NCBI GenBank assembly: GCA_965221905.1
Contig: OZ244922.1
Coordinates: 2,432,001 to 2,496,000 of the forward strand
DNA: 64,000 nt
Origin: Chloroflexota bacterium
GTDB taxonomy: Bacteria; Chloroflexota; UBA11872; VXOZ01
Direction: 5' to 3'
Shown: positions 29,776 to 40,612 of the stretch, piece after piece
Layout: each line of letters starts with the position of its first letter
Position numbering within the stretch: the stretch's first letter is position 1
The notes under the pieces: generated by a model
Seen by the model: the letters and a program-made list of their open reading frames with translations, nothing else
Told to the model about the DNA's origin: nothing
Databases searched by the model: none
Made by a program: the position numbers and the translations under genes

Positions 29776-30413
29776 CGGTTCATCCCACTCTGTTTCCAGA
29801 GGGGCCGGACTTTCTCTTCACTCATCCTATGTTCCTTTGTTCGGTGATGGCGCGGATCTCTGCAATGCCCTCCGTCGTGAGGTGTAACCCTCGCTCCATG
29901 AGCAACAATATGCGTCGAAACTTGATGAAGTCCACACGCTTCTTGGAACGCAGTTCGTGCTTCTCGAAGAACGGTAGGACCCGTTCCATGAGGTGCTCTA
30001 CACTGCGCACCCGATAGCACATGTGGTCTCCATGGTCTTGCCGTACAACCCCGCACCTGAAGAATTTCTTCAGTGCATAGAGTAGTTGCACGTCACGCTC
30101 ATGCTGCACCACAGTGAATTCAGGCAATACCTGAAATCCAGAGATCATCTCTTGATGCGGATTGATATCGACGAGGAAGTTACCTTCTCCATCCACAAAT
30201 CCGCAGATCCATTGCGCCGTCAACCGTTGGGACGAGGCCGGACGTAAAGTCTCTGAGGGTTCTCTCGAGTCTATCATGTGAGAGTCTTCCCTGCGGATTG
30301 TCCCCATGTCCATGCGGCTTTTTACTGCTTGCACGAGTGCAAACGAGTACCGAATGGCTGTGCGAGGAGTTTCCCGCATATGGTCCAGTTTTACTAAGGC
30401 TCGCGAATTTTGA
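29776..30413 (-). mobile_element. group I intron in 23S rRNA at E. coli position 1931
   Basis: interrupts CCTAAGGT^AGCGAAAT, ends in omega-G; P1, P3, P4, P7, P8 and P9 pairings visible. Confidence 0.95.
29822..30277 (-). CDS. single-motif LAGLIDADG homing endonuclease (start uncertain)
   Basis: WICGFVDGEGNF motif, F.VVQ, LKKFFRCG.V, LPFFEKHEL.SKK..DF. Confidence 0.92.
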   Translation of the reverse strand: MIDSREPSETLRPASSQRLTAQWICGFVDGEGNFLVDINPHQEMISGFQVLPEFTVVQHERDVQLLYALKKFFRCGVVRQDHGDHMCYRVRSVEHLMERVLPFFEKHELRSKKRVDFIKFRRILLLMERGLHLTTEGIAEIRAITEQRNIG

Positions 30414-31960
30414 ACCTTAGGACGGTTATAGTTACCGCCGCCGTTCACCGGGGCTTCCCGTCGGGGCGTGAACCCCTCTAGTTAACCTTCCGGCACCGGG
30501 CAGGCGTCAGCCCCCATACATCAGCTTTCGCTTTCGCGGAGACCTGTGTTTTTGTTAAACAGTCGGTTGGGCCGATTTAGTGTCACCGCAACTCGCTTCC
30601 CAGCGCAAGGCTGGTGCACGCGTCGCGGTACCCCTTCTCCCGAAGTTACGGGGTTAATTTGCCGAGTTCCTTAGCAGAGGGTCTCCCGCTCACCTTGGGA
30701 CTATTACCCCCGCCCACCAGTGTCGGTTTGCGGTACGGGCGCCCATATTCTAGCTAGAGGCTTTTCTTGCAGGCTGGGCTCAAAAGAATTGCCGTTGACT
30801 TGCGTCGCGGACTCTCCATCGCTTCTCGGCGTTTGGAATAGAGCAACGGATTTACCTGTCGCTCCCGCCTACCAGCTTGGACGTGTATAGCCAAGAACAC
30901 GCTCTTCCTACCCTGCCCGGTCCCCCCTTCGCTCATAACGAACCTGGGCGGTTCCGGAATATCAACCGGATGTCCATCGCCTACGCCATAATGGCCTCGG
31001 CTTAGGCCCGACTAACCCTCAGAGGACGAACCTTCCTGAGGAAACCTTGGGCTTACGGTGAGCCGGATTCTCACCGGCTAACGCTACTCATGCCGACATT
31101 CGCACTTCCCTGCGCTCCACCCGTCCTTTCGGTCGAGCTTCACGGCCCAGGGAACGCTCCCCTACCCAGCGGTGGCTCCCGAAGGAGCACCACTGCCCTA
31201 GCTTCGGTACCAGACTTGAGCCCCGTTAAATTTTCGGCGCCAGACGGCTTGACCAGTGAGCTGTTACGCACTCTTTAAAGGATGGCTGCTTCCAAGCCAA
31301 CCTCCTGGCTGTCCGGGCTATCCGACATCCTTTCCCACTTAGTCTGAATTTAGGGACCTTAGCTGAGGGTCTGGGTTGTTTCCCTCTTGACGATGAAGAT
31401 TATCCCCCACCGTCCCACTCCCAGGTAACATGTATACGGCATTCGGAGTTTGGTTGGGTTTGGTAACCGTTTTGGCCCCTAGCCCATCCAGTGCTCTACC
31501 TCCGCAACACTCTAACCTGAGGCTGCACCGCAATGCATTTCGGGGAGAACCAGCTATATCTGAGTTCGATTGGCATTTCACCTCTAACCACAGCTCATCC
31601 CCCAGTTTTGTAACACTGGTGGGTTCGGGCTTCCACGAGATATTACTCTCTCTTCACCCTGGCCATGGCTAGCTCACTCAGTTTCGGGTCTACTCCACGC
31701 GACTAAATCGCCCTGTTAGGACTCGCTTTCGCTACGGCTCCGGCCCTCCGACCTTAGCCTTGCCACGCATAGTAACTCGTCGGCTCATTCTCCAAAAGGC
31801 ACGCCATCAGGCATTCCGTCCTATAATGCGGGCATAGCGTCCCCGTGCGCCGCACCTTCCGAAGAAAATGCATTGCGCGGGCACGCCGTCCCAGCAAGAC
31901 GGCATAGCCCTCTGACTGCTTGTAAGCGTACGATTTCAGGTTCTATTTCACTCCCCTCCC

Positions 31961-31991
<31 letters not shown>

Positions 31992-32607
31992 CGTTCACTA
32001 TCGGTTGCCAAAGGTGTTTAGCCTTGGGAAGTGGGCTTCCCAGATTCCCACAGGGTTACACGTGTCCCGTGGTACTCAGGCACAGCAACGAGAGAGCTGT
32101 GATTTTCGTGTACGGGGCTTTCACCCTCTCTGGCGGGCCATTCCAGACCCTTCTACTAACCACAGCTTTTCTCCAACTCTCCGAGCTCCTTGCAGAAAGC
32201 TCTGTTGCGGCCTACAACCCTCATACTGCAACGGCTGCAACCTATCACACAGTATGAGTTTGGGCTGTTCCCCTTTCGCTCGCCACTACTCAGGGAATAA
32301 TCTCTTTTCCTCGCCTTACTAAGATGATTCAGTTCAGACGGTTCCCTCCACATACCTATGAATTCAGTATGCGGTGACGAGGCATCACCCTCGCCGGGTT
32401 TCCCCATTCGGGTACCTGCGGATCAAAATCTGCTGACGACTCCCCGCAGCTTTTCGCAGTCAACCGCGCCCTTCATCGGCCTTTGGCACCAAGGCATCCA
32501 TCGTACGCCCTTAGTAACTTAGCCTGCTTCTAATCGGCAAAATTGAAGTTCTGCTTTGCGCATATTCACTTGTTAAGGTACCGCCCCATCTCTAGGGCGC
32601 AACAACT

Positions 32608-32637
32608 AATGTACCAAACACCGTACCACGGTGTCAA
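32608..32637 (-). promoter_or_regulatory. dedicated promoter of the 23S-5S unit
   Basis: TTGACA-18 nt-TACATT with extended TG; boxA-like GTACCTTAACAA at about 32570-32581. Confidence 0.7.
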
Positions 32638-32746
32638 GGAACCCCGTTCCAAACATCTGGGTCTTCCTTGCATCGAGAGCCGATGAGAAATCCGGTCGTG
32701 CTGAATTCAAAGACGCAAGAATGAAATGGCTCATGGAGACCTCATC

Positions 32747-34552
32747 CTACTCGCTGGGAGGCGATGCCTGGCCGAAATCAATCAGGCTCCAGCAAACTGC
32801 GGTGCCGTCCGCACGGAGACCGCACGCATGGCCTGTGCCGATGCTTATGGCCGTGAAGCGTTCACCTGCTGGCGGTCGTCCAACGTCTTGGCCCCAGCAA
32901 TCGAGCGTACCGTCCGCCCGCAACCCGCAGATATGTCCCAAACCGCTCACGATGTCGGTGAACTCTTGGCCTGCCGGCGTTGGCGTTCCCGCCAGCAAGC
33001 CCCAGCAGAGCGGTGTTCCATCTTCGCGAAGCCCGCAGGTATGCGTGAACCCGGCACTGATTATCGTGAACTGCTCGCCTGCCGGCGGCGGCGTTCCCTC
33101 CAGCAAGCCCCAGCAGAGCGGCGTTCCATCTTCGCGAAGCCCGCAGACGTGGAAGAAACCGGCGCTTACGGCCGTGAAGCGCTCGCCCTCCGGCGGCGGT
33201 CCCAAGTCATCGGCATCGCTGCCCCAGCAGATAGGCGTCCCGTCCAAACGGAGTCCGCAAATCTGTAACCATCCGCTGCTAATGGCCGAGAAACGCTCGC
33301 CCACCGGCGGCGCCACGCCGCTAAGATCTCCCCAGCAGGCGACTGTCCCATCCGCTCGCAGCCCGCAGGCTTGCAGCCAGTTGCTTGCGATTGCTGTGAA
33401 TCGCTTGTCTTCCGGCGGTGATGCCTGACCGAACTCGTCGTTGCCCCAGCACACGGGAGTGCCGTCCTCACGCAGCGCGCACGTGTATTCCCAACCGCTG
33501 CTAATGGCGTTAAAGCGCTCACCCTCCGGTGGCGACATGTCTAAGCCCCAGCAGACAAGTGTCCCATCCACACGGAGTGCGCAGGTATGATAGTGGCCGC
33601 TGCTTATAGCAGTGAAATGCTCGCCCCCTGGCGGCGATGCTTGACCTTCGGCATTTGTGCCCCAACAAACGGATGTCCCATCCGCGCGCAGCGCGCAGGT
33701 GTGTAGAGTGCCGCTGCTGACGGCGTTGAAAGTCTCGCCCAATGGCGGTGATGCCATACCATCGGTATTCCCGCCCCAGCAAACGGGTGTCCCATCTGCG
33801 CGCAGCGCGCAAACATGACTGAGACCGCTGCTAATTGCGCTGAAGTTCTCTCCCTCTGGCGGGGACACCTTACCATCGGCATTCCATCCCCAGCAAACGG
33901 GTGTTCCATCTGCACGGAGTGCGCAGGAACGAGAGTTTCCGCTGCTGATGACAGAAAACCGCTCACCCTCCGGTGGCGATGCCTGATCGAAGTCGTCATT
34001 TCCCCAGCAGACGGGTGTTCCATCCTCACGAAGCGCGCAGGTATGAAAACCACCACTACTGATGGTGATGAGGCGCTCGCCGTCCGGTGGAGAGGATTGG
34101 CCTTCCTCATTTCTCCCCCAACAGACAGGCGTTCCGTCCGCCCGCAGCGCGCACGTGTGATAGTAGCCGCTGCTGATGGCAGTGAACCGCTCGCCCTCCG
34201 GCGGCGATGCCTGGCCCTCCTCGTCGCTGCCCCAGCACACGGCAGTGCCGTCCATCCGAATCGCGCACGTGTGGAGATCGCCGCTGCTGATAGCAACGAA
34301 CCTTGCATCGGCTGACTCAATCCGTGTAGGCGTGGGATTCACCGTACCAGTCGGGTGCGGAGTGACTGTCGCCGTAACTAAGTGCTCGACACTAGGAGTC
34401 GGCGCGACCGTAAGCAGCGCAGCCGGCGAAACCGTTTGCTCGCCTGCACATGCTGCCAGCAAGGCCGCCGCCAGTAGGCACGATAGGACGATCCCCTCAA
34501 TCCGATGCAGGACTTCTTGCCAACTAGGAACCGTACTGCTCCTGGTCTTCAC
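32747..34552 (-). CDS. RCC1/BLIP-II-like repeat lipoprotein (14 repeats)
   Basis: LLAAC lipobox, Pro/Thr linker, 14 x ISSGxxHTCALRxDGTPVCWG. Confidence 0.9.
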   Translation of the reverse strand: MKTRSSTVPSWQEVLHRIEGIVLSCLLAAALLAACAGEQTVSPAALLTVAPTPSVEHLVTATVTPHPTGTVNPTPTRIESADARFVAISSGDLHTCAIRMDGTAVCWGSDEEGQASPPEGERFTAISSGYYHTCALRADGTPVCWGRNEEGQSSPPDGERLITISSGGFHTCALREDGTPVCWGNDDFDQASPPEGERFSVISSGNSRSCALRADGTPVCWGWNADGKVSPPEGENFSAISSGLSHVCALRADGTPVCWGGNTDGMASPPLGETFNAVSSGTLHTCALRADGTSVCWGTNAEGQASPPGGEHFTAISSGHYHTCALRVDGTLVCWGLDMSPPEGERFNAISSGWEYTCALREDGTPVCWGNDEFGQASPPEDKRFTAIASNWLQACGLRADGTVACWGDLSGVAPPVGERFSAISSGWLQICGLRLDGTPICWGSDADDLGPPPEGERFTAVSAGFFHVCGLREDGTPLCWGLLEGTPPPAGEQFTIISAGFTHTCGLREDGTPLCWGLLAGTPTPAGQEFTDIVSGLGHICGLRADGTLDCWGQDVGRPPAGERFTAISIGTGHACGLRADGTAVCWSLIDFGQASPPSE

Positions 34553-34765
34553 GTGATCATCCTTTGCCTTGGGACCGCAAACTCCCTGCCATTGTCTCAA
34601 TTCTACTACGCTGTTGCTCAAGCCAGACTAGCTTGACCCGTTCCCACATTTCGCAAAGCAGAGGACAAGCCAACACCCCCTGGACACTGGCTTTCGCTGG
34701 CATCCAGGGAGTGAAGTATTACCCTCAAACTATGTGCACGTGCCTGAAAGATCCCTCATCCCTAC

Positions 34766-36502
34766 CTAGCGGCTGTAGCCTGAGGACGGCCGCTCTTTTT
34801 GGGCAGTCTGTGTCAGGTAATCCAGCAAGAAGCTGAAGTCTTTGTAGGATGTTAGATCGCCCAATTGCCGGTCGAGCGACCACAACTCATCCAGTAGAAC
34901 CGCCAAGTCGCGGTCCACCGGGGATTCAGAGTAGTCAAGATTGCTGTAGCGATCTGCCGCGAGCGCCACGATGCCGCCAAACCGCAAGAATGCCTCATCC
35001 CGGGCATTCTCGCTCGCTTCGCTGGCGCTGAGCAGCGTGGCGTGCTGGCGATTGGATTCACCGGTCGCAGGCGTTACCCAGCGTATCTCCACCTCACCGA
35101 GCCGGGAGGTGTCTCGCCTGCCCGCATCGGTGAGCTGCAACTCAAAGAAGACCGTGGTAGCGGCACCTGCCGGTATCTCCGCAAACTCCTTGCGAGCCTC
35201 GGTGAAAGACTCATCGGAGGTAGCGCGGTTCTCGTAACCAACGATCCGCCACACCGAGACCATATCCGGGTCCCAGGTCACCTGGGCGCGCGTCTGGTCC
35301 GCAAAGGGTATGGAGAGCGCGAGCCAGTTTTCGCGGCTAAAGGTCGCACGGGCTTGCTCTACTGAGCTGAGATAGCGGTACCAGCCGTTGCCGTGCTGCG
35401 CCAGTTGCTCCAGCAGGTAGTCGTTGAAGTTCTCAATGCCGACGCCAATGGTGATGAGGCGCAGCGGATTGGTTTCGTCACGATCATCCGCCGACCTCAA
35501 GATTGCGAAGGGGTCAGTGGCATCCACGTTCGCCACACCGTCCGACATGAGAATGATGTAGTTGTATGAGTCGGGACGCTCGCGGCGAATGCGGTCGGCA
35601 AGCTGTACACCGAGATCCAGGCCGGCCTGCACGTTCGTGGAGCCATGCGGCGCCAGCAGATCGATGGAGCGCCTTACCGCACGATCATCAGGGTCTCTAT
35701 GATCGACCGTAAGTTCGTCAAGGACGCGGGTAGTAAAGTGGACCACGGCAATGCGGTCCTGGCCGCGCAGGCTCCGCCGAATGCTCTCGGCAGCTTCGCG
35801 GGCAATGGCTACGCGATCGCCCTCTCGCATCGAACCTGAGGCATCGAGCACCAGGGTCACGTTGAGCGGCGTGTCGTCGTAGCTCAGGTCTGCAGCTTGA
35901 AAAGCGATGCGCGCCAGATGCAGTCCGCTATCCAGGGGATGCCGGAAGACGTCGGTGGCGATGGCAAAGCTATCGTCGCGGAGGGGAAACGCGTAGTCAT
36001 AGTTGAACGCGTTAGTCCACTCCTCGGCCCTCACCGAGTCCGGCTCAACCCTGTAGGCAGAGCGCGCCCAATTGAGCGCCAGGTGGAACGACGTGCGGTC
36101 GGTATCCAAACTAAAGGTCGCGACCGCGTCGCGGGCCGTAGTGACGAACGTGGCTCGCGGGTAGTCCTTGAATGTGGTCGCACCTGCGGTCTGCTGCGGC
36201 GGACGGACTGCCGGCTGGCGTGTAGACGGTTGAGTCGACTGGGTACTGGACCGAGGAGCTTCCTTGGCTTCGGCTCTTGCCGCGGGAGCACGCGTGGGTA
36301 CCGCCCGTGCCGGCTCCGCCCTCTTGGCTGCTGGTGCTTCGCTATAGGCTTCTTCAGCGGCTTGGGGTTCCTCCGCCTTCTCGGCCGGTGCATCCATTTC
36401 CGCATCTTCCATGGTTGACATTGCCGGCGCCGCCCCACAAGCCGCAAGCATGAGCGCACCCACAAGCACCAGTATGATCGTCCTAAAATAACTCTTCATC
36501 AC
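34766..36502 (-). CDS. vWA domain lipoprotein (YfbK-like), paralog 2
   Basis: LAAC, TFSLDTD, EEW.N.F.Y, MIDAS DASGS, SDG, GYENR. Confidence 0.9.
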   Translation of the reverse strand: MMKSYFRTIILVLVGALMLAACGAAPAMSTMEDAEMDAPAEKAEEPQAAEEAYSEAPAAKRAEPARAVPTRAPAARAEAKEAPRSSTQSTQPSTRQPAVRPPQQTAGATTFKDYPRATFVTTARDAVATFSLDTDRTSFHLALNWARSAYRVEPDSVRAEEWTNAFNYDYAFPLRDDSFAIATDVFRHPLDSGLHLARIAFQAADLSYDDTPLNVTLVLDASGSMREGDRVAIAREAAESIRRSLRGQDRIAVVHFTTRVLDELTVDHRDPDDRAVRRSIDLLAPHGSTNVQAGLDLGVQLADRIRRERPDSYNYIILMSDGVANVDATDPFAILRSADDRDETNPLRLITIGVGIENFNDYLLEQLAQHGNGWYRYLSSVEQARATFSRENWLALSIPFADQTRAQVTWDPDMVSVWRIVGYENRATSDESFTEARKEFAEIPAGAATTVFFELQLTDAGRRDTSRLGEVEIRWVTPATGESNRQHATLLSASEASENARDEAFLRFGGIVALAADRYSNLDYSESPVDRDLAVLLDELWSLDRQLGDLTSYKDFSFLLDYLTQTAQKERPSSGYSR

Positions 36503-36872
36503 ACTATCCTCCTTATTGTGTTGCCCATCCGGCAGGCCCGATAAGAACCCTATTAGGCTAGATAACTCTATCTCTATATTTGGATCAACTCCCCCTCAAC
36601 TAAGTCGACTACGAAGTTGTCGAGACTCTTCCCTGTGTACTGGCCATCGACATGCAAAGTACTACCACCGAACTCTTGAGACTTTACTGTTGCTGACCGC
36701 CTCGTCCACGCCAGATGGCTGATTAGATTTGCCAAGCACACACGCGACTAGACTCTCCATAGAAGAAACGAGATTTCATTCACCCTCGGGACGCCGGCTT
36801 TCATCGGCGACCCGAGGGTGATGTTCAGCGCACCATCAAAAGTTCTAACGCTGAAATTGTCTCAGCCCCTAC

Positions 36873-38555
36873 CTAGCGGCTGTAGCCTGAAGACGGATTT
36901 TCCTTCTCGGCAATGCCTGCGAGGAAGTCGAGCAGGAAGGAGAAGTCGCGGAACGCCGCGAGTTCTCCCAACTGCCGTTCAAGCGTGCTTAGCTCGCTCT
37001 GCAGCGCAAGCAAGTCGCGGTGCACTGGAGATTCGGAGTATTCGAGATTGCTATAGCGGTCGGCCGCCAGCGCCACGATAGCTCCAAACCGCAGCAGCGC
37101 TTCGTCCCGCACAGTCTCGCTCGCGTCGCTCGTGCTGAGCAATGTTGCGTGCTGCCGGTTTGATTCACCGGTCACAGGCGTTACCCAGCGTATCTCCACC
37201 TCTCCGAGCCGCGAGGTATTGATCCTTCCTTCCGGCGTCAACTGCAACTCATAGAAAACCGTAGTGGCAATCCCTGCCGGAATTTCCGCAAACTCCTTGC
37301 GGGCTTCAGTAAAGGACTCGTCAGACGTGACACGGTTCTCATAGCCGACGATACGCCATACCGCGACCATGTCCGGGTCCCAGGTCACCTGGGCGCGGGT
37401 CTGGTCCGCAAACGGAATGGAAAGCGCGAGCCAATTGTCGCGGCTGAAGGTCGCCCGAGCCCCTTCTACGGTGCTGAGGTAGCGGTACCAGCCGTTGCCG
37501 TTTTGCGCCAATTGCTCCAACAGGTAGTCGTTGAAGTTCTCAATGCCGACACCGATGGTGATCAGGCGCAGCGGGTTGGTGTTGTCCCGGTCCTCCGCCG
37601 ACTCTAAGATCGCGAAGGGATCCGTGGCATCTACATTGGCAACACCATCCGACATGAGAATGACGTAGTTGTAAGAGTCGGGACGCTCGCGGCGGATGCG
37701 TGCGGCAAGTTGCACGCCAAGATCCAGGCCGGCTTGCACATTCGTGGAGTCGTGCGGCGCGAGCTGACTGATAGACCATGTGACATCACTGTCATCCGGG
37801 TCGCGGTGTTCAACCGTGTACTGATTCAAGACGCGGGTGGTGAAATGGATCACTGCGATGCGGTCCTGGCCGCGCAAACTCCGCCGAATGCTCTCAGCCG
37901 CCTCACGAGCGATGGCGACGCGATTGCCGGAACTCATAGAGCCGGAGGCATCGAGCACCAGGGTTACGTTGACCGGTGTGTCATCGTAGGCAAAGTCAGC
38001 CGCCTGGAACGCTATGCGCGCAAGATGCAGATCTCTATCCAGGGGATGATCAATGACGTCGCTGGTAATGGCGAAACTATCTTCCCGCAGTGGGAAAGCG
38101 TAGTTATAGTTGAAAGCGTTGATCCACTCCTCGGCCCGCACGGAATCCGGCTCCACTCTGTAGTTGGATTGGGCCCAATTGAGTGCAAGATGGAACGACG
38201 TGCGGTCGGTGTCCAAGCTAAAAGTGGAGACCGCGTCGCGGGCAGTAGTAATGAATGTCGCGCGCGGATAGTCCTGGAATGTGGTCGCCCCTGCGGTCCG
38301 CGGCTGTTGCACTGCCGGTTGGCTTGTCGATGGCCGCGCAGGAGCGCGTGCAGATTCGGACTTGGCAGCAGGGGCTTTTTGAGCTGCCTTGGGCGCCTCG
38401 GCAGGGGGAGCCCTCTTTGCTTCTGCCTGAGGAGCCTCTCTCATTTCCTCCTTTGCGGGCGCTGATTCGTAGCTTGCTGTTGTCGCCGCCCCGCAGGACG
38501 CAAGCAAAAGCACACCCACAATTAGCAATGTTATCGTCGTAAAGTATCTCTTCAT
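36873..38555 (-). CDS. vWA domain lipoprotein (YfbK-like), paralog 1
   Basis: LASC, same motifs; long stretches identical to 34766-36502. Confidence 0.9.
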   Translation of the reverse strand: MKRYFTTITLLIVGVLLLASCGAATTASYESAPAKEEMREAPQAEAKRAPPAEAPKAAQKAPAAKSESARAPARPSTSQPAVQQPRTAGATTFQDYPRATFITTARDAVSTFSLDTDRTSFHLALNWAQSNYRVEPDSVRAEEWINAFNYNYAFPLREDSFAITSDVIDHPLDRDLHLARIAFQAADFAYDDTPVNVTLVLDASGSMSSGNRVAIAREAAESIRRSLRGQDRIAVIHFTTRVLNQYTVEHRDPDDSDVTWSISQLAPHDSTNVQAGLDLGVQLAARIRRERPDSYNYVILMSDGVANVDATDPFAILESAEDRDNTNPLRLITIGVGIENFNDYLLEQLAQNGNGWYRYLSTVEGARATFSRDNWLALSIPFADQTRAQVTWDPDMVAVWRIVGYENRVTSDESFTEARKEFAEIPAGIATTVFYELQLTPEGRINTSRLGEVEIRWVTPVTGESNRQHATLLSTSDASETVRDEALLRFGAIVALAADRYSNLEYSESPVHRDLLALQSELSTLERQLGELAAFRDFSFLLDFLAGIAEKENPSSGYSR

Positions 38556-39135
38556 CTCAGTTTCTCCTCGTTGTCATTCACCCCACAGCACTGCGCCTAC
38601 AATACGTACACACAGAGGCGTAACTGGGGACGATCTTTGGAGACTAGCATCAACACGATCGGTTCCCGCGAGAGGTGACGAGAGAAGGAGAAAACACCAA
38701 CAAAGCCAGACACAGCCGGCATTCACCGAGCATACCAATCACGCTTGGACGGCAACGCCGCCCAAGACGCGAACTATATTTTGCTTGTCGGCATTCAGAC
38801 GAGAGGGATGGACAACCTTCCATAGAAGTGCGGGATTTCAAACCGTGCTTTAGGTATGTAAAAACGCGCGGTATCGTAATTCGTTCAAGTCGCTAGGCGA
38901 TCCTCCTTCCAAGCGTTGCATGGACACGACACGCGAGCACCACCCATGGCTCACACGCGCCCGCCAATTGGCTTTCCGGTACAACCTAACCCCAAAAAGA
39001 GTCGTTACCGATTGGAGTGTACTGATAGACTGTCCAAGCATTTGGGGGCTCGTACTAACTATGGTAAGCGAATTGCCGAGACTTGTCTAGACTTTTAGGT
39101 ACATTGAATACCTTGGCTCGCCTTGTGAGGGGAGG

Positions 39136-40179
39136 TCAAAAGGCTGCAATGTCGCCGCCAAGCCAGCGGTAAGGGCGAGGGTAAAGTGTTAGCGAACGGT
39201 CTTCCAGCGGTAGCGATAGGGGTACCGAACCCCACAGCGCCGAGTATTTTGCGGCGATCGCGACCTCCAGGGACTGGCGTAAGTCATGTCCTGATACGGC
39301 CATCTCGGTGCCTTTTTCGACGGCCGAGATGAACGACAGGATCGAGCTTGCGAGGTAGCTGTACTGCGGCCACGCGAACGGCGTGAATACCCGGTCGGTT
39401 TTTGCGCGCACGCCCTTGTCGTCGAACCCCTGGTAGATGTCCATCACGTCGCCCCAGTCCCAGCGCAGGAGCGAGTCCTCCGTCCATACGTCAACGCCGC
39501 GGTGAGGGGTCGGCTCACCAAAGACGGTCGTCTCGATTCCGGTACTCATTGTGAACCGGCCGTTAATGATGAGACCGCTGTCCTCACCCGATTCCAAGGC
39601 CTCCTGCGGCTTGCCCCAAGCGATCACCTCGGTGACTTCAGCCTGCGTGAGAAGCCTGAGAATGGCGATGTGCTGGCATCCGCCGCCGGATATCTCGCCG
39701 CCCCAACCATGCACCGTTGCGCCCCGCACCTCGCCAAAGTCGCCGTTTCGGAGCCAGTTAGCGGCCTCCTGCACGTCCGCACGAGCGCGCTGCAGGTTGC
39801 CGCCATGGAAGACAACGCCTCGCTCTCCACAGGTGTCGATCATCTCGTCCACGTCGGAGAGCTTGGCGCCAATGGGCTTATCGGTGGAAACACCGCGCAC
39901 ACCCGCTTGTGCCGAGGCTATCACTGCATCCTTGATGAACTTGCCGGGGAGCACGACAACGGCGAGATCGGGGACTTCGCCCATCCGTTGGTACAGCTCA
40001 TCGGCGTCCTTGTACAGCGCCTTGACGCCGTAACGCTCGCCAACGACCTTCCGCCGCTCGTCATTGTATTCGGCAATAGCAACGATCTCGGTATTCTCAA
40101 ACGTGTTGTAGACCTCAGCATATTGCTGGCCCATGCGACCACAGCCAATGATCGCAACTCGCAATGTCTCGACCGCCAC
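39136..40179 (-). CDS. Gfo/Idh/MocA family oxidoreductase
   Basis: IIGCGRMG, DKPIG. Confidence 0.88.
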   Translation of the reverse strand: MAVETLRVAIIGCGRMGQQYAEVYNTFENTEIVAIAEYNDERRKVVGERYGVKALYKDADELYQRMGEVPDLAVVVLPGKFIKDAVIASAQAGVRGVSTDKPIGAKLSDVDEMIDTCGERGVVFHGGNLQRARADVQEAANWLRNGDFGEVRGATVHGWGGEISGGGCQHIAILRLLTQAEVTEVIAWGKPQEALESGEDSGLIINGRFTMSTGIETTVFGEPTPHRGVDVWTEDSLLRWDWGDVMDIYQGFDDKGVRAKTDRVFTPFAWPQYSYLASSILSFISAVEKGTEMAVSGHDLRQSLEVAIAAKYSALWGSVPLSLPLEDRSLTLYPRPYRWLGGDIAAF

Positions 40180-40185
40180 GGTAGA

Positions 40186-40471
40186 TCACCACCCTCTCGT
40201 CATGTCTGCTATGGTTGCTCTGATCAAGAAACTGCTGGGCTTGTTTCGGCCCCAGATGCATAGGCATCGGGACAGCCCATGCCTTACACGGAGTCGAATT
40301 ACGATGGTCCACAGCCACTCCCGCTCCTCCATGTACTGGCGAATAACCTCGCGTATGAGCAAGCTCATGGTGCGGCCCTCCGCGCATCGCGTTCTGCACC
40401 AGCTCGGCCATCTCTGGCGGCAGGGAGAACGTGATTGTCTTGGTGTTGCTGTTGATGGCCCTATTGGTCAT
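40186..40471 (-). pseudogene. frameshifted ribbon-helix-helix (CopG-like) protein
   Basis: KTITFSLPPEMAELVQNAMR in one frame continues as EGRTMSLLIREVIRQYMEEREW in another; shift near 40380. Confidence 0.7.
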
Positions 40472-40612
40472 ATACTGTCTTACACAATATCATGTGCCAT
40501 CTGGCCGTTCGCTGTCAGGCAATCCTTGAGCAGTGTGAGTTGACACGCGCAACCAGGATAGGGGATATACTGATTTGGGCACACCGAGTCTATAAGTTGG
40601 GAGCTTTGGTCT

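Noticed and set aside
30278-30448. 208-aa version of the homing endonuclease starting at 30448
   Set aside because: That start lies in the 23S exon; an internal start is more plausible.
32747-38555. Diversity-generating retroelement behind the repeats and paralogues
   Set aside because: No reverse transcriptase and no adenine-specific TR/VR pattern seen.
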